DNA of 16,949 nt from Oopsacas minuta (Eukaryota; Animalia; Porifera): positions 1 through 16,949 of the forward strand of contig JAKMXF010000124.1 of the NCBI GenBank assembly GCA_024704765.1, written 5' to 3'. Below are positions 1-9,532 of this stretch, piece after piece; within the stretch, counting starts at the first letter, position 1; every line of letters starts with the position of its first letter. The position numbers were made by a program, and so were the translations under genes. The notes beneath the pieces are model-generated. The model was not told where the DNA came from. It saw only the letters and a program-made list of their open reading frames with translations, and made no database searches.

Positions 1-114
1 TACATATTGTATAGGATAGACAACAAGTACATATTGTATAGGATAAACAACAAGTACATATTGTATAGGATAGACAACAAGTACATATTGTATAGGATAA
101 ACAACAAGTACATA
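1..114. repeat. 27-bp tandem repeat (TACATATTGTATAGGATA[G/A]ACAACAAG), 4 full copies plus a partial; may extend left of the window
   Basis: Units at 1-27, 28-54, 55-81 and 82-108, then TACATA. They differ only at unit position 19, which reads G,A,G,A. Confidence 0.97.
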
Positions 115-145
115 CAGTCAAGGGACAAAAGTATTCGATACACAA
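115..145 (+). mobile_element. Possible orphan left TIR of a Tc1-like element
   Basis: TA (113-114) is followed by CAGTCAAGGGACAAAAGTATTCGATACAC, which resembles Tc1-type termini (CAGT...AAAAGT.T..ACAC). No partner end found. Confidence 0.35.
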
Positions 146-195
146 ATAAATTGTCATAAATTGTACTCTTTCCCCTCCTATATATTGTGTAGTCT

Positions 196-925
196 ATATT
201 CGTAGCTGCAATCTAGTAATTTGCATAGAATAACATATGTTTTTCAAGAATTTCAAAAAAATATTTTCGATTTACACTTTTTGAAGGTGTTAATTAATAA
301 TGATTATAGATTTTTATTGATAATCAAATATGTGGTAATTCAAAACCTATTAAGAATCTAAAATTTCTGACTTGATATTTGAATTCTACGTAGGCAAGTT
401 ACCCCAGATTGAAATTTCCAATCGGATTGAACAATTTTGACCAAAGTTATATAAAATTTCAATTTGTGCAATTTGTGCCACCTCTTGCCCAAGGTGGCAC
501 AAGTGGCCGCTACCAAGAGGTTATTTTGGAATTCAAGGGTTAGCATATTCATATCATTCGAAAATATTACTTTGACTTATTCCTCATAACCCTAGTTGAT
601 TTCTTGTAGTGGCGCTTTTTCCTACCACCTGTGCCACTTTTTGCTAAAGTGGCACAAATTGAAATTTTATATAACTTTGGTCAAAATTGTTCAATCCGAT
701 TGGAAATTTCAATCTGGGGTAACTTGCCTACGTAGAATTCAAATATCAAGTCAGAAATTTTAGATTCTTAATAGGTTTTGAATTACCACATATTTTGATT
801 ATCAATAAAAATCTATAATCATTATTAATTAACACCTTCAAAAAGTGTAAATCGAAAATATTTTTTTGAAATTCTTGAAAACATATGATATTCTATGCAA
901 ATTACTAGATTGCAGCTACGAATAT
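196..925. mobile_element. Fold-back / long-TIR non-autonomous element (MITE-like), superfamily unassigned
   Basis: 196-469 is the reverse complement of 652-925 (ATATTCGTAGCTGCAATCTAG...CTAGATTGCAGCTACGAATAT). I count 1 substitution and 2 homopolymer indels. The ~180-bp centre is non-coding. The TSD is ambiguous (TA or ATAT could belong to the arms). Confidence 0.88.
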
Positions 926-1357
926 CGGATACCGACATTTCGTTCCAGCGACATTTCGTTCCACTTTTGATTGGCCAATTTTTGTTAATAATTTAACAGG
1001 TTTTAAATGGCTAAATAATATTGCAAATATAATCAATTAATTTGGGATGAATGATTTCAGAAGAATCTAATGTTACAGTTTTGATATCGTACACCTAAAC
1101 ATAGAAGCTCTGTGTTAGCAAAGTGAGATAAGATGATTTATAGTAAAGGTAACGAATTTATATCAGAAATACATACGTAGTAATTAATTCTTTTGGTGGA
1201 GAAGATGCGAAATTAATTGTATGTTTGCCAGTAAACATGGAGTCACCTTTGTAGTTCTATTTAAATGTTGCAATTGTATTATTTTCAGCTTGCATTATCA
1301 GCTAAATATTATTTGCTACATTTTTATATTCTTTCAATTAACAACTTCATTTTATCA

Positions 1358-1579
1358 ATGGATCCTGATCAGCCCTCCTTCAGGCTGATCAGAACGAACA
1401 AGGGAGGACAAAAGATGTTAGAAGGAGGATACTTATATTTGATGCATAGGAGAGTTGGAGAAATGACACATTAGCAGTGTGAGCAGAGAGGAGAGTGTAA
1501 AGCAAGGGTTCATACGAAGGGAATGGAGATAGTGAAGCGTACGAATGAGCATCTGCATGCACCTGATCTGCAGGCCGTA
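1358..1579 (+). pseudogene. FLYWCH zinc-finger N-terminus of a MULE transposase, with the conserved Trp converted to a stop
   Basis: Reading through TAG 1472-1474 gives MDPDQPSFRLIRTNKGGQKMLEGGYLYLMHRRVGEMTH*QCEQRGECKARVHTKGMEIVKRTNEHLHAPD. This fits the FLYWCH pattern GYxY...W.C....C.AR...H.H.P (PF04500-like). No DDE region follows. Confidence 0.85.
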
Positions 1580-1656
1580 GCCTGCAGATCAGGTGCATGC
1601 AGATGCTCATTCGTACGCTTCACTATCTCCATTCCCTTCGTATGAACCCTTGCTTT
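1499..1656. repeat. Perfect 77-bp inverted duplication with a 4-nt loop (CGTA)
   Basis: 1499-1575 is the exact reverse complement of 1580-1656. Confidence 0.97.
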
Positions 1657-2355
1657 CTCTTTCCCTCTCTCTCCATGCCAATGCGTCAAATCTCCTCTCT
1701 CCTACCTCTCTCCGGATTTCCTCCAATTCCTGACGGTGCAGCTACCAATTGAAGTGGACAGTGGTCGAGATGTGGTAGCTGCACCCAAGTAGAACATAGT
1801 TTAGTTTTTAGTTTCTATTTGTTTTGTTTGTTTCCTATTGTTATCAGATAAATGTTTAATTAATTAATTATATTTCTTGCAAGTTACTTATTAATAATAC
1901 AAGTAGTCATATTTAAACTGGGAAACTAGGATTTATAAAGAGCTTTGGCTCAGTAATCTCGACAAAAGCAATGAAATATAAACTTAAAACATTTCTAATT
2001 GGCCATCTGTACATTGGCTTAGTCAGGCCTGGTTTCCCCTAATAGCGTGATCGTAAACCGCAAGCGAAACTCGCTCGTTTGTCTAAAATATTGCGAACAT
2101 AAATAAAGCAACATTACAAGACGCAGCTTAGTTGCATCGTATGTGGTTCCGGTGGGCGGTATACATATATAATCAATAAACAATGTTTTTAGTCAACAGG
2201 GGCAAAACCAACACAGGGCGCGCTGCACAGCACTTCGATAACCGGGCACATCTAGATCTCATTGCGAGTATACATGCCAAATCTGGTCTTAACCCCTCCA
2301 AAGTCCAAAGATGTGAACAAGGAAGTAATTTCAAGTACACACACATATATATATA

Positions 2356-2420
2356 CAGTGGAACATCTGAATTACGGTCACCCTTGGACTCAGGTAAATG
2401 GCCGTAATTTCGGGGTTATC
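2356..2420 (+). mobile_element. Possible orphan left end of a pogo/Tigger-like MITE
   Basis: TA + CAGTGGAACATCTGAATTACGGTCACC...GGCCGTAATT, which resembles the end at 14011. No convincing right end. Confidence 0.4.
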
Positions 2421-2943
2421 AATATAATTTGGTACTAATAAATGGATGGAAGTCGGAATTATGGGGTGTCTGTAATTCTGAAATAAATTAATGTTAATGT
2501 CTATCGGAAATTTGGAATTCAACCGGGACAAAGAAGCGGGCTCCGAAAAACAGGTTTTAGCACCCACTGAATCCGCCAGGACGCTAAAATTGTTTGAAAC
2601 AAATGCAATAAGATCTAGTCAACTGCTCTTGAAGCTATACCAGTTTGTAATAACTACTACGTAATATATATGTCATCCTCTAATAATATACTATGTATAT
2701 TTTCGACCACAATCTAAATGACTCTATACAAGCTACTTAGTTAATCTATTTAGCAAATTCTACACAGCAACTGGTAAACCAATTTTATTTATGTTAGAAT
2801 TAACCAAACGAATTCAGACAAGAAATTAGTTCAATTATTTAGCCATTTAAAACCTGTTAAATTATTAACAAACATTGACCAATCAAAAGTGGAGCGAAAT
2901 GTCGGACTTCCGATTAAAATGGTAAATTCTATTATTACTATAT

Positions 2944-3914
2944 GGCCGTGTGTGCTGTGTGACGGAGTATCCCAGCATGGTACACACATTTGAAGAGATT
3001 TATGACTAAACTTGTGATGCAGAAGCTCATGGAATTGCGACTTTCTTGTGAAAATGCAAAACTATACCTTGTATCTATATGCTATCAGATTTACTCGATA
3101 CAGTTGCCAAGTTACAAGGATTTTACAGGAGGAAAGCGATTGACCTTGGAAGTGTGCAATTAATGGTCAATAGTACCACTGAAAGACTAACAGAGATTAA
3201 AGAAATAGTAAACAGCACCACCTGGTTCAAGAACCATTCTTTAGTTTTTACAGATGATACTCAGCTTGGTGGAAACAAATTGTGATCATGGAAGAGGAAA
3301 AAATTCAATTTCTTCAGACAGTGTATCGGCCATATATACAAAGTGTGATTGACTATATCCGAAAAAGAAGGAAGTGCACTTATCTAGTCTCTTCCATATC
3401 CATTTAGGACCTTCCCCATCTCCTAAAACCGAACTTCAACTATCACCTAACTATGGTATAGAAAAGATGCAGATGCTAATAAATCAATATAGTGTTATAC
3501 AACATGTTAACTTTGATGATGATGATGATGTCACAACCAGACATTGGTAGAGAGGAAACTGAAGCAGAATGGAAATTGTTTCGGCGGATAATTTAGAAGC
3601 AATTCAAGAATAGATCTTTGCAGGATGTACTATCCAAATTGATCAATAGCGGAGACATTTCGATTGTATTCCAAACTTATCAAATTTAGCTACAATAGTA
3701 GAGACCTAGAGGTTTTACTAGTAACAACAGCCACTGTTGAACGTACATTTAGCAGTATGAAACGAATAATAACAAGACTCCGCAGCAGATGGGCGAGGGC
3801 ACGCTTGAACATACGATGCGCATATGCATTGAAGGCCTTGATCTCCTAACGAATGATACGTCAGAGGAATTTGTTGATTATTATGAAGGGCAAAAGACCC
3901 TTAGATTAGAATAG
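2944..3914 (+). pseudogene. Decayed hAT transposase, C-terminal half (ZNF862-like)
   Basis: Frame-broken segments read CDAEAHGIATFL*KCKTIPCIYMLSDLLDTVAKLQGF...IDLGSVQLMVNSTTERL, and later VLLVTTATVERTFSSMKRIITRLRSR...GTLEHTMRICIEG, the hAT dimerization motif with the catalytic Glu (PF05699-like). Many stops and frameshifts; no TIRs seen. Confidence 0.8.
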
Positions 3915-4158
3915 TATTGTGAGGTTCAAGCTTATATCTTAGATATTGTTAATTAACACAGATTTTCCTAAAATATTCACATAGAAATTATTGTTGTTAT
4001 AAATTAAGAAGTATCTAAATTACACAAAACATCAGCATGGGATAAATATAACGAAAGAATAGTCAGAGATCTATAGCGTAGCCCATAATGACAACTTTCC
4101 CCGAAAAGTAAATCTTGGATTGAACACTGTATAGGCAGGGGTCATACCGTGCGTCTCA

Positions 4159-4265
4159 TGCCAATGCAAGACAACTGCCGGACCAAGACTTGCCAGTGCA
4201 AACGGAAGCAAGATAAATGCAACTCGAGGTGTCACAGACACTTTATCGTATGTGAGAACAGATAG
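4159..4265 (+). pseudogene. C-terminal CXC cysteine cluster resembling Ginger2/KRBA2/SCAND3-type integrase-like transposases
   Basis: Correcting one frameshift near 4173 gives CQCKT(N)CRTKTCQCKRKQDKCNSRCHRHFIVCENR*, which fits CxC-x3-C-x4-CxC-x6-CNSRCH-x5-CxN[KR]*. This is not in the ORF track. Confidence 0.65.
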
Positions 4266-4410
4266 TAATGTTAAAACCACCTCAATCAACAAGTTATCTA
4301 CCATTCTAATCAACTGATCAACTAATTCACTGAAAATTAATAGAGTTTCTAGACATACGTTTACTACATTATCTCCTAATTAGTTATGATTTTATAGTCT
4401 ATTGTGTATA

Positions 4411-5750
4411 CAGGGTGTTAAGAAATTGTTTTCCTCTATCTTGAACATACAATATAACCATATCCTATATTCAAATGCACTTTTACTATTTGCTTGAGAA
4501 AATACAATGTAACAGTATGTGTGGACAGTACATAAATATATTGTTGGAATGTTGTGTTTACTCTTTGATTCAAGAATTTTGTATCATTCTTCTAACAGAA
4601 ATTGTTAAAATAGATGGTCAAGGAAGCCAGTATCACTTTGTGTCATCAGACAATGGGCATGTTAAAGGGTGGAATGACTCAAAGACAAGTGTCGAATAAT
4701 ATTGGAGTCAGTGTGCGAACCGTTCGTGCATGGTGGTTACGTTTTAAGAAGGGAGATGCTCTTACAAACAGAAGTGGCCGAGGGAGGAAAACGGTGATAG
4801 GAAGATTCTCAAAAATTGTCTTGAAGATAAACGTTGGAGAAATACAAAGATCCACACAGAAATTATCTCATATCTTGAAATCTAAAGGTTTCCGGCTTCA
4901 CATGCTACCGTTCATAGCTATCTACGGAAAAATCTCAAACTCAAACCTTATAAACCTCAGGTTCAACCACGATTGGCCGAAAATCATAGAATCGCTCGAT
5001 TGAAATTCTGCCAGGAGAGGAGAAATTGGTCAGTTAATGATTGGCAGCAAGTATTATTCTCAGATGAATCACCCTTCGAATTATTTCATCCCCCTAACCG
5101 CCAGAATGTTCGAATTTGGTCAGATTGCATGGATAAAGTCCCGCATTTTGAGAATGTAAAATTTCCAGGAAATTACAAGTGTGGGGGCTATGTCCTATTG
5201 AGCTTTATCAGAACCCCATATCATACCTCCAGGTCAAACTGTTACAACGGAATATTACATAGAGGAGATTCTGAAAAAGACACTAATCTCTGTAATGCAT
5301 CGGAAGAGTGTTACAGGGAATGTATTGGAGAAAAAGATTTTACCAGACATGTCTAAGGCGATTTTCCAGCAAGATGGAGCACCAGCCCACACCTCAAAAA
5401 ATGTCAAGAATGGCTCAAAAATAATGTATTCAAATTCTGGGAGAAGAGCATCTGGTCTGCCAATTCGCCTGATTTAAGCCCAATTGAAAATCTCTGGGGA
5501 ATTTTACAAACAAGGCTAGAAACAAAGGAACGCCCAACAAATCTAAAATGCTTCAGAATCAGCTGATTCAAGCTTGGAGAGAGATAACTCCTGAAACTTT
5601 AGACAAACTCATTGCTAGCATGCCAAATCGAATGAGTAAATGTATTCAGTTAAAGGGAGGGTACATTGGAAAATGAATAGAGTGTTTGTTTAAATCTGTT
5701 ACTTGGAAATTCTCGATTATTTGAGAGGAAATCAATTTCTTAACACCCTG
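4411..5750 (+). mobile_element. Full-length Tc1/mariner (ITm) element, 1340 bp
   Basis: 27-bp TIRs CAGGGTGTTAAGAAATTG[T/A]TTTCCTCT with one mismatch. TA TSD at 4409-4410 and 5751-5752. Encloses a transposase. Confidence 0.95.
4614..5676 (+). pseudogene. Tc1/mariner transposase, frameshifted, reconstructed DD37E triad
   Basis: HTH region (MTQRQVSNNIGVSVRTV) and GRGRK linker; VLFSDES (D at 5063); FQQDGAPAH (D at 5373); NSPDLSPIENLW (E at 5486); ends ...KGGYIGK*. Five single-base deletions and one TGA (5199-5201) are inferred. Confidence 0.92.
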
Positions 5751-8403
5751 TACATTTAGATATTAAATTTCAAATTTTGTATAAGAATAACCTTACTCAA
5801 TTTAGCGGCGCCAAGTATTCAGAATCAATGAACACGCTGGCGGAACCTGAATGTAGGGATAGGAGAAGAGGCAAATGTATACCTCCTTTTTATCATATTC
5901 ACAGTATTCGTTGGATTCATATTTGGTAGGGCTGGGAAGATAAGATTCCTTTTCATTTCTGGTACAATGAATGTATCTAACAATGAAAAATCATAGATTC
6001 ATATAAATCCCTAAATACATAGAAATGGCGTGCCTGAAATACGTGACGTGACGTTATGATAGCCACCTTAATACATCACCCAAATGAATAACTATATGCG
6101 TCATGTATTCCGTGCTATCACTACGTGTAAGCGCTTGAGTATGGCCTGAAAACCAATCCAGGAAATATTTGGGCCAACGAGCAATTTATGGCATATTATA
6201 GTGTGAGAAATTAGTAAGGACTCCTATTTCACTGGGTTGTTTTCCGATATACTAGCGATATACGGTATATTGTGTATTCATTAGATATTAAGCGTATTAA
6301 ACAATACAAGTACTTTTTCAAGTCAATTGAAGGATAATATAAAACATATCTTTGAAATTATTTTAGTAATCTGGTTGATTAATTACGTAATGAGCTATTC
6401 GCAAAGCTTACGCAGCTCTGTTCATAAAATATAACAATAAGAGAAGAACAATAAAGAAATACAAAATTACAAATCTGTGAACAGCGATAATAATTATATA
6501 ATTGTTATATGTAACTTATCTATTGTAGTACTCTTCACGTTACACGAGATACATCGCATGAATTCATTGTTCTTTGGTCTGTCAGCTGTGTATAATTCTT
6601 CGAAGATGTTGTTCATCTATCCCATCAAAGTAACCGAGTAAGTTTAGAATTCCTGGAAATAAATAATATAATTATGAAGTATAATACGTAATTATAATTG
6701 AACATGAGAGGGATATACAAATGTTGAATTCGAAAATTAGAATTGACGATATTCTCAATTAATTGTCATAATTAACAAGTCCCTAAAATGCCCCCATGAG
6801 GCCCAATCCGCGTAAATATTCAATTTGTTCGTTTCATATGGAAGCATTTACGACCTTTGTTATATACATTGTAGATATTTGTAATATATACGAGAAGATA
6901 GAAATGTAAAAACATTAGAACTTACTTCCATATTTTGAAGTATTGATAATTTTCGTTTGATTGTCAAGATAATTAACAAGGAGAAATAGAATGAACTAGT
7001 AAGATAGAAGCACACGTCTAAAGATAGAATTTGTATTATGCTTTCAAATTGACTATTTATATTAGAATTTCTCAACTTAGGAGGCCATGCGCATGCTGGG
7101 TTTGAATCAAATTGAAATAATCACTTTGATTAATGTATTCAAGTGACGTCAAAGATTCAACGAAAAATATGAGAATGATGTATACACATTTAAGGTTGAA
7201 TTTACGAGTGAAGTTAGAATTCTAGCATACAAACAAGTTGACTAATAAATTATTGAAGACATGGTAGCATATAGCACACCATACAAGATGCAATTTTTGT
7301 TACATACAGCAAGGCAACATCAACAAAAAATGTTGCATAATCTACGCGCTGAATATTTAAAGAATTATTACGCTTTTAGTGACAATTCATTTGAATTATA
7401 TTTATATTGCTTGATTTCATTTATACATACATATTCACTTTATTACACTATTTAGATTTCCCACAAATTTTCCCACAACACCAGTGGTAATATATTTGTT
7501 CTATATTCGTCCATCATTGTGTGTACAGTAATGAGCGTTGGAAAATGGAGCTCTGGTGCTACCCAATTTCATGAAGTTATGAAACCAGTTTAAACTTATA
7601 ATCAGATAGCGAATCTACTATTTACCCAGGCAGGGATTGATAAGGTTAATTACCGCTTTGAGAAAATATAATCAGTCAATCGAATAGTGTATTTTCCACC
7701 ATTTTCTTCATTATTCCTAGGATGATTTGAGAGCTACAAACAATGTACAAACGAATTCTGCTAGTCAAGTATACGTATACGATACGATACGATACAATGC
7801 CCATTTTAAGTCTTCATTCCCAAATTTCAATCCTTGAGAAGCGTTACATAACGTATGAACATTCCATATTACTAACTTGTGTACATTTATCCGTTACTAG
7901 AGTATTATTTTTATTAACTCATATCGTAATTCCTACTAGTCAACCTACATTTCTTATTTACTTAGAACGAGCCAAAGGCTCGTCGCTTCGCGATAAACTT
8001 GGCGCATTGCGCCTCGAGGTATTCAACGCATTGATATTGTTTACAATTTTCAGACTTAGCATACTCGATTACCCCAAGATAGTCTTTGAAAGTATGATTC
8101 TACCTTAATTTTGAAATTTGTTTACTTTATGTACCTAAAAGTAAACAACTATTGACAATATGTTGTTTATATTATCATATTCGGATTCAGTATGTTCGAT
8201 ATATTTAGTAAAGTTTTGTTGAATTCTATTTACTTCCTTGATAAACATGATAATTGATTCTTGCTATTGATTAATAAAATTTATGCCAATTCATTCTACT
8301 TCAATCGCTTTTTGAGATATACACATAGTATACAATGAATTGCCCCACCCAATAGAAAAGGATATTCATTGCATTTTTCATTTGTGTACTATTGTATAAA
8401 CTC

Positions 8404-9447
8404 ATGGCCTCGCTTTTTGTTCTTTTAGAGCTGGAAATAGGCAGTTTACGACGCCAGAGAATATTTCGTGACAGGTTAAACCCTCTTGATGCGTACACAG
8501 ATGTAGAGTTTATTTCTCGTTATAGAATCAGAAGAGAAATGTTCTTAGAATTGCATGATAAAATTGAGACTTTCATGTCTCGATCTACAAGCCGATCTCA
8601 TTCACTTCCGGTGACAACTCAATTAGCGGTCACTCTTCAGTTTCTAGCTACGGGTAGTTTCCAAACTGTGGCTGCATCAGCTCATGGAATTTCCCAGCCC
8701 TCTGTGTCCAACTGTGTTAGAGGTGTAACAGATGCATTGTGCTCAATTGCGAAAGACTATATACAGTTTCCAACTGCTGCTAGACAGATGAGTATGCAGC
8801 ATGGATTTATGGAAAAGTTCGGGTTTTCTAAAGTATTAGGTTGCATAGACGGCACACACATCCCAATTGTTGCACCTAGCACCAACGAAGCAATTTATGT
8901 TAATCGTAAAAGTTTTCATTCAATTAACGTCCAAGCGATATGTGACGATGTATTCAAGTTTATTGATGTAGTTGTGGAGTGGCCAGGCAGCACACATGAC
9001 GCGTTCATATGGAGGCAATCAGGAATCAATCTTAAGATCACCAGTAAAGAAATTCCAATTCTTGATGGATGGTTTCTCGGCGATAGTGGTCATCCGTTGC
9101 GCCCAAATTTAATGACTCCATTACTATCTTCTGTTACACCTCGCGAAAGAAGGTATAATCGTGCTTTCCTGAAGACTCGAAAGACAATTGAATGTACCTT
9201 TGGAATATGGAAGAGCAGATGGAGATCAATGGACAAGACTGGTGGCAGCTTGTGCTATAGCCCAGAAAGGGTTTGCAAACTAATCTTATCTTCCATGGTA
9301 CTTCATAACGTTTGTGTTGTTTGCGGTCTCCAAATTGATATTGAAAACTTGGAAAGTGATATGCCCTACACCGAAACAGACTACACTGAACATTCAGATA
9401 ATGAGATTTTAGTTCGAGAAAATATAATTATAAATTATTTCACATAA
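8404..9447 (+). CDS. Harbinger/HARBI1-like DDE transposase, 347 aa from ATG 8404, apparently intact
   Basis: HTH region (LQFLATGSFQ...GISQPSVS), GCIDGTHIPI, NRKSFHSINVQAICD, WPGSTHDA, FLGDSG, RKTIECTFGIWKSRW and LHN (DDE_Tnp_4/PF13359-like). All three acidic residues are present and there is no internal stop. Confidence 0.95.
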   Translation: MASLFVLLELEIGSLRRQRIFRDRLNPLDAYTDVEFISRYRIRREMFLELHDKIETFMSRSTSRSHSLPVTTQLAVTLQFLATGSFQTVAASAHGISQPSVSNCVRGVTDALCSIAKDYIQFPTAARQMSMQHGFMEKFGFSKVLGCIDGTHIPIVAPSTNEAIYVNRKSFHSINVQAICDDVFKFIDVVVEWPGSTHDAFIWRQSGINLKITSKEIPILDGWFLGDSGHPLRPNLMTPLLSSVTPRERRYNRAFLKTRKTIECTFGIWKSRWRSMDKTGGSLCYSPERVCKLILSSMVLHNVCVVCGLQIDIENLESDMPYTETDYTEHSDNEILVRENIIINYFT

Positions 9448-9532
9448 TATAGGAAGTTTAATTAATTAACTGAGGACATGAATGAATTAGTCTCTGATTT
9501 ACTTATAACATAATTATCTTAATTAAGGATTC

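Larger units (their letters stand above)
926..2912 (+). mobile_element. Internally deleted Mutator/MULE-like element with ~80-95-bp TIRs
   Basis: Left TIR 926-1019 (CGGATACCGACATTTCGTTCC...GGCTAAATAAT, with CGACATTTCGTTCCA duplicated at 933 and 949) matches the reverse complement of 2834-2912 (...GGAGCGAAATGTCGGACTTCCG). It encloses a FLYWCH-type sequence. No 8-9-bp TSD is visible. Confidence 0.72.

Noticed and set aside
1-114. CRISPR-like array
   Set aside because: Units are contiguous with no unique spacers, the context is eukaryotic and there are no cas genes.
358-552. 64-aa minus-strand ORF
   Set aside because: Lies inside the non-coding arm of the fold-back and has no motif.
1389-1610. 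73-aa minus-strand ORF
   Set aside because: Antisense by-product of the FLYWCH sequence and its palindrome.
2183-2567. 74-aa and 78-aa ORFs
   Set aside because: No recognisable domain; they cross a (CA)/(TA) tract and a MITE-like end.
2560-2570. CCCACTG as the right TIR for the end at 2356
   Set aside because: Only 6 bp match and there is no TA after it.
6500-6670. Possible minus-strand exon after TTTATTTCCAG (GILNLLGYFDGIDEQHLRRIIHS*)
   Set aside because: Short, with no recognisable homology or partner exons; expected by chance in AT-rich DNA.
6797-6830. GAGGCCCAATCC... as the left Harbinger TIR
   Set aside because: Only patchy similarity to the reverse complement of the right end, no TAAGAATTT array and no supporting TSD.
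7967-7983. ACGAGCC-AAA-GGCTCGT hairpin as a Helitron/MITE end
   Set aside because: Only a 7-bp stem, with no CTRR terminus or partner end identified.
6860-8108. ORFs at 6860-7075, 7261-7455 and 7743-8108
   Set aside because: Composition (rich in I, L, F, Y) is typical of random AT-rich frames; one crosses a (CGATA)n tract; no motifs.
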